Source: an uncultured delta proteobacterium (GTDB lineage: Bacteria > Myxococcota_A > Polyangia > Polyangiales > B10-G4). Taken from it: a stretch of DNA of 64,000 nt. This document shows, piece after piece, positions 1 to 13,900 of this stretch (positions are counted from its first letter, which is position 1; the number at the start of each line of letters is the position of its first letter). The notes below the pieces were generated by a model, which saw nothing but the letters and a program-made list of their open reading frames with translations, was not told where the DNA came from and did not search any database. The stretch covers positions 416,001 to 480,000 of the forward strand of contig CAVSGI010000010.1 of NCBI GenBank assembly GCA_963727445.1. The letters are read 5' to 3'. The position numbers were made by a program, and so were the translations under genes.

Positions 1-661
1 TGAATGCGATGCCTTCCTGTGCCGCCTCGGCATGGGCGGCGCGCTCGTACTCCCGAACGCTCTCGGCGATGCGCGCCCGCGCGCCGCGCTCGCCATAGGC
101 GGCGATGAGCTGCTCGGGCATCTCGAGGCGGAGCTCTGCGCTCTCGGGCCAGTCGGGGTTTTCGGGGTCGAAGTATCCGTCGGGGCGTGTGGCACTGATG
201 ACGCGCCTCCCGATGTCGCCGGGGAGCGTCTTGGCCCCGGGCCAGTCCTTGGCGTAGCGGACGGCGAAGGCGGACACGGCATTGGCGATGAGGTAGGCGA
301 TGTCGTCGACGAGCGCGTCCGCGGTCAACGGCTCGTGCTCGCCCTTGAGGTACTTGTTGAAGACCTCCTCGGGCCAGCCGAGCAGCGCCTTCATCCCCTG
401 CGCAAACGTGCGATGAAAGTCGCGCTTGAAGTCGGGCTGCACGCCGCGCACGTCGGTGTAGACGATGTGGATGTGCGTCGACATCAGTATCGCGGCATGA
501 ACGCGGACGCCGTGCTTCTTCGCGGCCGCCGCGAGGCAGTACCAGAAGAGATTTTCGACCTGGCGCTGCTCGTCTGGGCGGAACAGGAAGTAGCGGCGCG
601 TCGTGCGCCGGACGGTCGTCCAGACCTTGCCCTTGATCACGCGCTTGCGGCGCGTACGCAT
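1..661 (-). mobile_element. HUH/Y1 tyrosine transposase (RAYT/IS200-like), 3'-partial
   Basis: Manually translated; absent from the ORF track because it runs off the window. MRTRRKRVIKGKVWTTVRRTTRRYFLFRP...AILMSTHIHIVYTD (HUH motif)...IAYLIANAVSAFAVRYAKDWPG (YxxxN-type catalytic Tyr). Probable 1-nt frameshift near 92. Confidence 0.8.
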
Positions 662-908
662 GCGCCGGCTGCGCAGATGTCGGTCATAGGTATTTGTCGG
701 CTTGCGGAGCGCGCCCATGCCGACCCGGCGCTGCCAGAAAGGCGCCAGAAATCGGCGACGTGATTTCGAGCACTTGCGCCGATAAAGCGGCGAACCCTCC
801 GCCACCCGCCGGCGGTCCGCCACCTGCGGTTTTGTCGCGGTTTCTTACCCGTGCCGCCTTCGAAGCCGCCCGGTCTGCGCCGACCCGGTCACGATCTCCC
901 CGCGGTCC

Positions 909-2738
909 TCAGCCGTGTCCGTGCCCGTGGCCGTGATCGTGATCGTCGTGGGGATCGCCGAGGCCCTCACGGAGGGCCGACATCCAAGACGAGAGGCCCT
1001 CGCGCCAGATGCCGCGCAGCGATAGGAGCACCAGGACGGCGGTCGCGACCCAGGCGAAGTAGCTCTCCTCGTGCGCGCTCTCGGGCTCGAGCACCGGAAC
1101 GACCACCCAGCTCGACCCATTGAGGGCCATCGCCACGATCCAGATGGTGATCACCAGGCCAGCGATGCCCACGGCGGTGGCGCGCGTTCCGAAATGCGAT
1201 CGCAGGAAGCCGACGGTCGCGAGGTTCGTCGCAGGCCCGAGGAGCAGACCTGCGAGCACGGCGCCAGGGCTCATCCCCTTGAGCAGGAGCACGGCGGCGA
1301 GGGGCGTCGCGCTCGCGGCGCAGACGTAGCTGGGGACGGCGACGAGGCTGACGATCAGCACGTCGAGTCCGAAGACCGTGAGACCCGTGAGCGCGTCCGT
1401 GTCGAGAGTCGCCTCGACATAGGCCGCGGCGACGAGCCCGACCAGCGTCCAGGGCCCGACGTGCTCGAGGAGCTCCTCGAGCTGATGGAGCACGCGACGA
1501 TGCCACGAGCCGTGGCCCATGGCGGCGATCGGCGCGGTCGACGGGCGCGGGAGCGCGCGCTCGGGCGCATCGCGTCCCGCGATCCCGGCGACGATCAGCG
1601 CGGCGATGATCGCCACCACGACCGCGGCGACGAGCCGCACCACCGCCATCTCCCAGCCGAGGAAGCGGACGGTCAGGGCGAAGGTCTCCACGCCGAGCTC
1701 GGGTGTGGCGAGGAGAAAAGCGACCACCAGCGCCGCGCTGCCGCCGCGCATGCGCAGCGATTGGGCGACTGGCAGCACGCCGCAGGCGCATATGGGCAAC
1801 GGCGCGCCCACCACCGCGCCGCGGATCGCCTGACGCAGGTGCGAGCCGCGGGTGAGCCAGCGCATCGGGATGCGGCTGCCGAGGAGCTGCAGGGCGGCGC
1901 CGATCGCCAGGCCGATGAGCAGCGTGGGCGCGGTCTCGAGGGTGAGATCGACGAAGGCATGGCCTGCGCGCTCTGCCAGCGAAGTGCTCTCGTGGTGGTG
2001 ATGACCGCCGCTCGGCAAGAGCACCAGGCCCACGCCCAGGGCCAGGGCGAGGATCTCCACGAAGCCGTGGCGGTCGCGCGTCTCTCCAGGCGACCAATCG
2101 TGCGCCACCACGTGCAGGAGCAGCCCGCCGACGACGGCGCTGATGTAGGGATGCGCCGATTCGAGGATTTCCGTCGGCAGGATCTGGATCGCGAAGACGC
2201 CGACGCTCGTCGCGATCGCCAGTCCTGCGGCACGGTAGAGGCCGGCACGAACGCCTCGATTGTTGGCGTAAGCGAGCACCACCAGGGCGGTGACCGGAAC
2301 GGTGTGCGAGGCGATCGCCAGGACCACGTCGTAGTGGCTGTGCCCGGCGTGGGCGGCGCTGGTGAAGGTCGCGATGCTCGCGCCATCACCCACCTGGTGG
2401 AAAAGCAAGCCGGCGTACCCGACCTCCAGCCCGATCTGATGCCCACTGCCGCTCCCGTGCCCGTGCGCATGCCCGTGGCCATGTCCGTGGCCATGCGCCT
2501 CGCCCCCCATCAACCGTCCGAGCACCGACGGCAGCACCGCCGCACCCGCGGTGATCGCGAGCGCCCAGAGCCCGAGCTCGGTGAGGGCGTCGGGCAGAAG
2601 CTGGACGAGCACCACCACCACCGCCGAGACCAGCGCGAAGGTGCGGATGCCCCCCAGGAGCGGACCGGAGCGATGGTAGATCCCGAGCATCGCGCCGAGA
2701 GCGACCGAGCCGATCGCCACCGCGAGGCCGAGAGCCAT
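909..2738 (-). CDS. His-rich metal permease: ZIP-like N-terminal half fused to a DUF318/ArsP-type permease
   Basis: Many TM segments; LPICACGVLP and YVCAASATP (DUF318-type); LLFHQVGDG and IASHTVP (ZIP-like); three His tracts. Confidence 0.75.
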   Translation of the reverse strand: MALGLAVAIGSVALGAMLGIYHRSGPLLGGIRTFALVSAVVVVLVQLLPDALTELGLWALAITAGAAVLPSVLGRLMGGEAHGHGHGHGHAHGHGSGSGHQIGLEVGYAGLLFHQVGDGASIATFTSAAHAGHSHYDVVLAIASHTVPVTALVVLAYANNRGVRAGLYRAAGLAIATSVGVFAIQILPTEILESAHPYISAVVGGLLLHVVAHDWSPGETRDRHGFVEILALALGVGLVLLPSGGHHHHESTSLAERAGHAFVDLTLETAPTLLIGLAIGAALQLLGSRIPMRWLTRGSHLRQAIRGAVVGAPLPICACGVLPVAQSLRMRGGSAALVVAFLLATPELGVETFALTVRFLGWEMAVVRLVAAVVVAIIAALIVAGIAGRDAPERALPRPSTAPIAAMGHGSWHRRVLHQLEELLEHVGPWTLVGLVAAAYVEATLDTDALTGLTVFGLDVLIVSLVAVPSYVCAASATPLAAVLLLKGMSPGAVLAGLLLGPATNLATVGFLRSHFGTRATAVGIAGLVITIWIVAMALNGSSWVVVPVLEPESAHEESYFAWVATAVLVLLSLRGIWREGLSSWMSALREGLGDPHDDHDHGHGHGHG

Positions 2739-2870
2739 GGCTGGCGCTTTAGCACGCAGAAAGGGGGGAGGGCACTTGCCTGGTGGCGACTGGATCGGCC
2801 GCCTTAATCACCGAAATGACGCCGGAAACCCCGTCTCGGGGGTGGCATGGCGCTGGCAATGCTCGGGGGC

Positions 2871-4019
2871 ATGAAGCGCGTCCTTTCGTTTCTCTCTCTT
2901 CTGCTCGCCCTCGCGGGCTGCGCCCCGACGTCCGGTCCCGTCGACGATCGGGGCGGTCTGGTCGGCGAAGGTGGGAAGGCGGACGGCCCCTCTGGGGTCG
3001 ACGTGATGGCCATGCTCGCGCCGGGCGTGGGTGAGGAGTCGCGCATGGAGGGCGCGCGCGACGACCTCGGCTACGTCTTCTACGCCGAGGCCGGCACCCA
3101 GCTCGAGGTCGAGGTGACCCAGCGCGGCACGAGCCGGGGTTTCGACAGCTTCCTCGCCGTCCGCGGACCGCGGCAGGCCGACGGGGACTATCCCGAGACC
3201 CTCGCCTCCGACGACGAGGCGGGTTACGGCGCGCTCTCACGCGTCGGTCTGGTCGCGCCCGAGACGGGCTTCTATCTGGCGCAGCTCTCGGTCGACGAGG
3301 AAGCACAGGCCGCCTTCGACGGCGCCAACTTTCGGCTGCTCCTCAGCTGTGACGTGGGTTGCGTCGCGCCGGGCCCGGTCGCCGAGATGGACGACGCGAC
3401 CCACTGGATGCGCAATTCGGCGGAGTTCGATGCGCTCTCGGTGCAGGCCTATCAGACGGCGATCGCGCGCCTCGAAGCGATGCAGGCGGCGGGTGAGCTA
3501 CCTGCGAGCTGGGCGGTCGCGTTCGACACCGACGAGACGCTCCTCTCCAACGCGCAGTTCGAGAAGGAGCGCGCGGAGCTCGGCGTCGGCTATTCGAGCA
3601 AGGCGTGGACGGCATGGGTGAATCGCCGCGCGGCGCCAGCGAACCCCGGCGCGGTGGCGCTCACCCGCCGCATCCACGAGCTCGGCGGCTACGTGGCGGT
3701 CGTGACCAATCGCAAGGTCACGGAGTGCGATGCGACCCGGGACAACCTCCAGAACGAGGGCATCGTGCCCGACGCCATCCTGTGTCGCACCGGCTCCTCC
3801 AACAAGGCCGCGCGCTGGGCGATGGTCGAAGAGGGCAGCGCCGGCTCCATCCCGGCGTCGACCCTGGTGATGTGGGTCGGCGACAACATCCAGGACTTCC
3901 CGGAGATGGATCAGGACAGCCGCTTCGACGGCGAGAGCGCCTTTTCGGACTTCGGGCGGCGCTTCATCGTGATCCCGAACGCGATGTACGGGAGCTGGGA
4001 GCGCAACGCGCGCGATTGA
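2871..4019 (+). CDS. Lipoprotein HAD class C acid phosphatase / 5'-nucleotidase (e(P4)-like) with an N-terminal beta domain
   Basis: Lipobox LAGC, GKAD motif, FDTDETLL, VTNR, VGDNIQDF, IPNAMYGSWE. Confidence 0.85.
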   Translation: MKRVLSFLSLLLALAGCAPTSGPVDDRGGLVGEGGKADGPSGVDVMAMLAPGVGEESRMEGARDDLGYVFYAEAGTQLEVEVTQRGTSRGFDSFLAVRGPRQADGDYPETLASDDEAGYGALSRVGLVAPETGFYLAQLSVDEEAQAAFDGANFRLLLSCDVGCVAPGPVAEMDDATHWMRNSAEFDALSVQAYQTAIARLEAMQAAGELPASWAVAFDTDETLLSNAQFEKERAELGVGYSSKAWTAWVNRRAAPANPGAVALTRRIHELGGYVAVVTNRKVTECDATRDNLQNEGIVPDAILCRTGSSNKAARWAMVEEGSAGSIPASTLVMWVGDNIQDFPEMDQDSRFDGESAFSDFGRRFIVIPNAMYGSWERNARD

Positions 4020-4022
4020 CGA

Positions 4023-5137
4023 TCACTCGCATCGCACGACGGTGGTGACGAGCGCGTCGTCCCGTGCGGCGGCGACGATGAAGGCTGCGGGACCGAGGCG
4101 GGCGACGTCGGCGACGGCTCCTGCGTCGGGAACGGCCAGCACTCCGCGCGCTACCGAATCTCCCGCGCCGTCGTCGACGTCGAGCAGGAGCCCTGCCTCG
4201 CCGAGACGCGCGCGGGCGCGGCGCCGCCCGACGAAGGGTGGCGGCAGAGGCTCTGCTGGGGCGAGCAAGAGCGGCTCGGATTCGCCCTCCTCGGGCAGGA
4301 CGACGAGCTTCGGTCGCGAGAACTCGAAGGAGGCGATCACCGACAGGCCGTCGGGTCCCGGCGCGAAGGACTCGATCGCCAGCGCCTCTTCGAGCCCTTC
4401 GATGGTGCGCGGCGGCGTCTCGTGCGCGAGGTTACGGGAGCGCACGAGAGCCACGTGGCTGTCGCCACCTTCGGCCGCACCCACGCGATAGAGCGCGGCC
4501 CAGCCAGCGCCGTCGGCCGTGAGTCCCAGCACCTCGGTTTGCGTCTCCGCCGGCGCGCCGAGGACGGTGCGCACGACCTCGCCGTCGAAGGGAAAGGCGA
4601 GCACCTCCGGCGGCGCGTCCTCGTGACCGAAGGCCAGGACCAGCGCCGACGCGAGCGTGGCCTGCTTACGCGTCCACGTCGTGGACAATGCGGCGCGCGC
4701 GCTACCGGTGTGTGCGCGCCCGTCGCCCGCGACGAAGCGCGCCACGAGGCAGGTCTGTGCTTCGCATCGGGCGGCGAAGAGCGCCACATAGCCCCCGTCC
4801 ACCGCGGCCAGCGCCGAGATGTCGCCCGTGGGCCCCTCGATCGTCATCGCTTCGCCCGAAGCGCGTCCGCTCTCATCGATGGGAATGGCCGATGTGCGCT
4901 CGCCGCTGCGAAGCAGGACGAGACCGCCCGCGTCGCCCATCGCGATGCCGACGCCGGAAGGCGTCGCGTCGAGGGAGCGGAGGACGATCGGCGCTTCGGC
5001 CTCGCATGGAGGCGGCGGCGCGGGGCTCGGCGATGCTTCGACGACCGACGTTGGCGGGGGCTCGGGGGCGGGCGCGCGGGGCGCGCCGTCGTCACCACAA
5101 GCCGCGAGGCACAAGGCGATCGCGGCCCAGGCCAGTC

Positions 5138-5141
<4 letters not shown>
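4023..5141 (-). CDS. Hypothetical lipoprotein
   Basis: LAAC lipobox, Pro-rich linker; overlaps the upstream gene by 4 nt. Confidence 0.65.
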
Positions 5142-6007
<866 letters not shown>

Positions 6008-6120
6008 GGGGCGAGCAGCTTAGCGCTTCGACGCGCGGCTGCGGGCCTATAAGTAAGAGCTATGTAAAGGATAGAAAGGATTTGGTTTCGCCATAGTCTG
6101 GTCGTGGCCAGCCTGAGGGA

Positions 6121-6537
6121 ATGGCCCACCGACTCCTTCACACCCTCGTCGTTTCGAGCGCCCTTTCGCCCCTGGGGCTCGGGTGCGCATTCAGCCACCG
6201 CGAGCCCATCCTCGAGCGCGAGCCCGAGCCGCTCGACCTGCCCGGCGTCACGGACGAGGCGGCCACCGTCGTCGACGCGGGCCCGGAAGAGTCGGGCGCG
6301 AGCCCCGAGGACGTGGGCGTGAGCGCGGAAGACGCAGGAGCGCGCGCACCGGACGCGGAAGCGGCGGACGCTGGACCCGACCCCATGGACCTTCGCTTCT
6401 GCGAGCCGGGATGGCCCACCACCAAGGCCTCCTATTGCTACACCCTCGACGAGAGCGAGATGCCGCCGCGCGTCGTCTGCTGCAACTCCTGGGGAGGTGA
6501 GGATGGCGGACGGTCTTGCTGCTTGGGGGAGGAGTGA
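6121..6537 (+). CDS. Small lipoprotein with acidic linker and a six-Cys C-terminus
   Basis: LGLGC lipobox-like; tail FCEPGW..YCY..VCCNSW..SCCLGEE; TGATG coupling to the next gene. Confidence 0.65.
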   Translation: MAHRLLHTLVVSSALSPLGLGCAFSHREPILEREPEPLDLPGVTDEAATVVDAGPEESGASPEDVGVSAEDAGARAPDAEAADAGPDPMDLRFCEPGWPTTKASYCYTLDESEMPPRVVCCNSWGGEDGGRSCCLGEE

Positions 6538-7361
6538 TGCGCGCGTCTGCGAGCGCATCGATGGCGTCGCCTCGGACCCGCGCGCGGCTTCGCGCCGACG
6601 GCCGATGGGGTGGGGCCGTCACCCAGCGCGCCGTTCCCGACGACGAGGCGCTCCGCGCGCTGAGCGTCGAGGTGCGCGGTCGTCTCGCCGCCAACTGGCT
6701 GGGGCAGGCCGCGACCGAAGCGCGGGTCGCCCATTCCTTTTCGGTCATTCACGAGAGCCTCTCGCGTCTCGGTGCGGGGCGAGAGCTCGTCGCCCTGGCA
6801 GCGCGCGCGGTCGACGACGAGCATCGCCACGCCGCGCTCGCCGAGGAGATGGCCGGGATCTACGCCGGCCGCGTCGTGGGACCACACGACCGGCTCCCCG
6901 CACGGCGCCCGGCCCACCTGGCAGCGTCGAGCCCCGCGCTGCGCGACGTCCTCTGGGTCGTGGGCCAGTGCGCGCTGAACGAGACCTTCGCCAGCGCGTA
7001 CCTGAGCGCCGCGCGCCGCGGAGCGAAGAGCACTCTATCGCGCTGGGCGCTTCGCGAGCTGCTCGAGGACGAGATCGATCACTCCCGGATCGGCTGGGCG
7101 TTTCTGCGTCATCTCCCGAGCGAGATGAAGCGGGAGCTCTCGGAGTGGCTGTTGCCGCTCACCGTCTGCAACCTGCGCGAGTGGCGGGCCCTGGTGCTTC
7201 CCGAGGACGACATCCTCGCGCCCCACGGCGTGCCCCCGATGGAAGTGGCGCGGGTGGCCATCGACGAGGCGCTGGTCGATCTGCTCCTTCCGGGCTTCGT
7301 TCACGTGGGGCTCGATACCCGCGCGCTCGAACGGTGGATCGCGAGGGGCAAGCCCCTCTGA
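6537..7361 (+). CDS. Ferritin-like (diiron-carboxylate) domain protein
   Basis: Ligand pattern TEAR / DDEHRH / LNETF / EDEIDH (E, ExxH, E, ExxH). Confidence 0.75.
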   Translation: MRASASASMASPRTRARLRADGRWGGAVTQRAVPDDEALRALSVEVRGRLAANWLGQAATEARVAHSFSVIHESLSRLGAGRELVALAARAVDDEHRHAALAEEMAGIYAGRVVGPHDRLPARRPAHLAASSPALRDVLWVVGQCALNETFASAYLSAARRGAKSTLSRWALRELLEDEIDHSRIGWAFLRHLPSEMKRELSEWLLPLTVCNLREWRALVLPEDDILAPHGVPPMEVARVAIDEALVDLLLPGFVHVGLDTRALERWIARGKPL

Positions 7362-7368
7362 GGGTCGC

Positions 7369-9753
<2,385 letters not shown>

Positions 9754-9788
9754 GCCCCCAGAACGTCAAGTGATTTCGGACACTCGCG

Positions 9789-10901
9789 CTACATGCAGTC
9801 GAGGCTCAGGACCTCGAGTTGGTTGCCGTTCGAGACGAGGAGGTGCTCGCCGTCGCGCAGTGAGTAGAAGGGGTCGCCGCTGCTTGCCAGGGTGCCGATG
9901 ATACGGGGTGCGGAAGCGGGGGAGAGGTCGACGACCTGGATGCCACCTGCGCCGACGAAGGCGAGGCTGCCCGAGAGGCTGATGCCCAGACCGCCGCCGC
10001 CGGGATCCGAAGGCGGGGGCAGGGTGCCGACGGTGCGACCTTCCGTGAGCTCGATGCTCTGCACCAGCGGATCTGTCCCGACGACGTGCACGAGCGTGCC
10101 GTCGATGGCGCCCCGGCGCCGGAGCACCGTGTCTCCTGCGAGGGGCAGGCTGGTCACGATCGCGGGTGCGCTGGGGGTCGAGATGTCGACGCGGATCACG
10201 AGATCGGGACCCGTTTCCCCGAAGCGTCGCGACGAAAGGACGACGAGCCCATCGGTGCGAAAGGGAAGCACGCTGCCGGGCTTGCCCTCGAGGTCGAGTG
10301 AGGCGAAGCGGCTGGGCGCCGAGGGGTCGGAGATGTCGTACGCGTCGAGCGATGCCGTCGATCCCTCTGCGAAGGGCTCGAAGCCGACCCACAGCGTCGT
10401 GCCGCGGACGACGAGATCCGTGACCGCCCCTTCGAGATCGACGCCGCCGATGGGGCGCGGGTCGGTGGGGGTCGACACGTCGAAGACGTCGATGCCCCAG
10501 CTGCCGACGTAGAGGATGTCGTCGTCGAGGGTGACTGCGCCCTCCGAACCGATATGCGACTGCGTGACGCTTCCGAGCAACACCGGTGCGCCTCCGCTCA
10601 CGTCGATCACGTCGAGGCTCGCGCCGCTCCGGTAGGCGAGGCCGTCGGGATGACGCGCGAAGGGGCCCTGACAGAAGCAGCCCTCGCCCACGCCACCCAG
10701 GCTCTCGCCGGTGCAGGCGCTGGGGGTGGCGGCGTCGACGATCGCGTCAAGTCCAGCCGAGCCGTCCGGGATCGTCGACACGTCGGGAGGGGCGGACCCA
10801 TCGGGCGCGGCGTCGGGGACCGCGCCGCCATCGAAGCCGTCGTGGCTGGTGCCACAGGCGGCGAGGACGAAGATGGCGAGCGTGACAAAGCGCGTGGGCA
10901 T
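9789..10901 (-). CDS. LVIVD-repeat beta-propeller lipoprotein
   Basis: LAAC lipobox; repeats IDVFDVSTPTDP, LDAYDISDPSAP, RVDISTPSAP, VVDLSPASAP. Confidence 0.75.
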   Translation of the reverse strand: MPTRFVTLAIFVLAACGTSHDGFDGGAVPDAAPDGSAPPDVSTIPDGSAGLDAIVDAATPSACTGESLGGVGEGCFCQGPFARHPDGLAYRSGASLDVIDVSGGAPVLLGSVTQSHIGSEGAVTLDDDILYVGSWGIDVFDVSTPTDPRPIGGVDLEGAVTDLVVRGTTLWVGFEPFAEGSTASLDAYDISDPSAPSRFASLDLEGKPGSVLPFRTDGLVVLSSRRFGETGPDLVIRVDISTPSAPAIVTSLPLAGDTVLRRRGAIDGTLVHVVGTDPLVQSIELTEGRTVGTLPPPSDPGGGGLGISLSGSLAFVGAGGIQVVDLSPASAPRIIGTLASSGDPFYSLRDGEHLLVSNGNQLEVLSLDCM

Positions 10902-10956
10902 GGGGCAAGGATGGTTCGCTCAGCCATGCAGACAACGAGGGAGCTCTCTATGAGAG

Positions 10957-13900
10957 CTATGCCCCCTCTTTATCCCTTCGGGCGAGGCGGCGCTCTTCGA
11001 AGAAGCTGTAGAGAACCGGGACCACGAAGAGGGTGATGAGCTCGATGCTCATCCCGCCGAAGATGGGGATGGCCATCGGCGCCATGACGTCGCCGCCGCG
11101 GCCGGTCGACATGATCACCGGCAGGAGCGCGATGAGGGTCGTGGCGGTGGTCATCAAGCACGGCCGCACACGGCGCTTTCCGGCTTCGACGGTTTGGTGG
11201 CGGACGTCCTCAGCGGTCTGGGGAGGCTCCGCCTCGAGGCGCTGCTTCATGTAGGTGGCGACGATCACGCCGTCGTCGGTGGCGATGCCGATGAGGGCGA
11301 TGAAGCCGACCCAGACCGCGACCGAGAGGTTCATCGGCCCGAGGCCGAGGAGCTGCGCGATGCTCTCGGGGACGAAGGGCAGGTGGCCCCAGAGCCAGAG
11401 CAGGATGATGCCGCCGCTCAGCGCCACAGCGACACCGGTGAGGATGGTCAACGCCACCGTGCTCCGGCGGAACTGGAGGTAGAGCAGCATGAAGACCAGC
11501 GCGATGGTGACGGGCACCAATAGCCCGAGGCGGTGCTCACTGCGTACCTGGTTTTCGTAGGTGCCGGCGAAGGAGAAGGTCACCCCGGCGGGGCGTTCGA
11601 TCAAGTCGGCGTCGATGGCGGCTTCGAGGCGCGCGCGTGCCGCCTCCACAGCTTCGACCTCGGCGACGTCCACCTCCTTGTCGAAGAGGACGTAGGCGGT
11701 CGGGAAGGAGTCCTCGCTCTTGATGACCTGGGGGCCGCGCACGTACTCGAGGGTCGCGAGTTGCTCGAGAGGGATTTCCTCGCCCATGGGCGTGGAGACG
11801 CGCACTCGGCCGATCGCCTCGACGCTGTCGCGCTCCTCCCGGGGGTAGCGCACGCGGACCGCGAAGCGCTCGCGACCCTCGATGGTGCGGGTCACGGTCT
11901 GACCGCCCAGCGCGGTCTGGATCACGCGCTGCACAGCTTCGATGGTGAGCCCGTAGCGACCGAGCGCTTCTCGGTCGAGATCGATCTCGAGGTAGGGCTT
12001 GCCCACCACGCGGTCGGCGAAGACTGTCTCGCGACGAAGCTGCGGGACTTCCTTGAGCACCTCCTCGGCGGCGAAGGCGAAGGCCTCGATCGATTCGAGG
12101 TCGGGGCCCCGGATCTTGAGCCCCATGGGCGCGCGCATGCCCGATCTGAAGCATCACGATGCGGGTGGAGATGGGTTGAAGAAAGGGCGCCGACGTGAGG
12201 CCCGGCATGGAAGCCGCGGCGACGATCTCGTCCCAGATGTCGTGTGAGGTCCGGATGTGATCGCGCCAGTTTCGGACGCGGTTGCCTTCGTCGTCCTCCG
12301 TGTACTCGGGGACGAAGGTGATCAATGTCTCGATCATGGAGACCGGCGCCGGGTCGAGGGCGCTGTCGATGCGTCCGAGCTTGCCCACGACGCGGTCGAC
12401 CTCGGGCACGTTGGCGATCGCCGCGTCGAGACGGCTGAGCATCTCCTCCACTTCCCCGATGGACGCGTGGGGCATGGTGGAGGGCATGTACAGGAACGCG
12501 CCTTCGTCGAAGGGCGGCATGTACTCGTGGCCCAGGCCGGGAAAGACGGTCGTCAACTTTCGCACCGGCGTGCTGGTGCGGATAGCGTCGGGCAGAAACG
12601 ACGTCAGGCGATCCGCGCCGAACCAACAGAACGCGCCGCCGATGACGAGGAGCAGAGGGGTCGCCAGAAACGCGGCGCGATTTGCGAGGAAGAAGCGAAG
12701 CAGTGTCTCGTAGAAGTGCCGGAAGAGGGCGAAGGAGCCCAGGATCAGGCCCGAGGTCGAGAGGACGAAGAGAGTGTTGACGAAGAGCCCGGCGTCGGGG
12801 CCGAGCGGCTGCCAGTCGCGACCGAGGAGCACGGCGACGCCGAGCACGGCGACGGCGATGAACACGTCGATGAGGCGGCGGCGCTTCTTGGCGGCCGGGT
12901 CATCGGTCGCGGCGCTCTGGCGACGGAGGAAGAGACGGGCGGCGGCGGGGAGGATCGAGCGCGGCGATCAGGAACGACGCGATCAAGGCGAAAGTCTTGG
13001 TCGCGGCGAGCGGGGTGAAGAGCTTGCCTTCGGAGGCGGTGAGCGCGAAGACGGGCAAGAAGCTCACGACCGTGGTCGCGGTCGAGGTGAGGACGGCGGG
13101 CGCGACCTCCGCGGCGCCCTCCTCGATGACCTTCACCCGCGACTCGGTCGGCTCGCGCTCGTCGAGGTGCCGCTGCACGTTCTCGACGATGACGATGCCC
13201 ATGTCGACCATGGTCCCGATCGCGATCGCGATGCCGGCGAGGGCCATCACGTTGGCGTCGACCCCGAAGGTCTTCATCGCCACGAAAGCGCCGAGGACTC
13301 CGAGGGGGAGGAGCCCCGCGACCAGCGTGGCGCTCCGCGGATCACGGAGCATCACCAGCACCACCAGGAGCGCTATGAGGATTCTGCGACCAGAGCGCTG
13401 ACGAGAGCGTGGAGAGGGTCTCCTCGATGAGCTCGGCGCGATCGTAGAAGGGGACGATGCTGACCTTCGAGACGCGCCCATCCTCGAGGGTGCGCTCGGG
13501 GAGCCCGCCCGCGATCTCCTCGATCTTGGCGTGGACGCGCTGGATCACCTCCATCGGGTTTTCGCCATAGCGAACGACCACCACCCCGCCGACCACCTCG
13601 GCGCCTTCGTCGTCGAGGACTCCCCGGCGCGGGGCCGGGCCGAGCGCGACGTGCCCCACGTCGCGAACGCGGATCGGGGTGTTGCTCGCGGCTGGCGATG
13701 ACGGTGCTCTCGAGATCGGACAGGTCCTGAACGAGACCGAGCCCGCGCACCAGATACTCGACGCGGTTGACCTCGAGGGTGCGGGCGCCGACGTCGAGGT
13801 TGGTGCCGCGGAGCGCGCGGACGACGTCGTCGAGGCGCAGGTCGGCCGCGGCCAGGGCTTCGGGATCGACGTCCACCTGATATTCGCGGACGTGGCCCCC

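Noticed and set aside
32..763. 243-aa plus-strand ORF
   Set aside because: It is the antisense shadow of the minus-strand HUH transposase and has no motifs.
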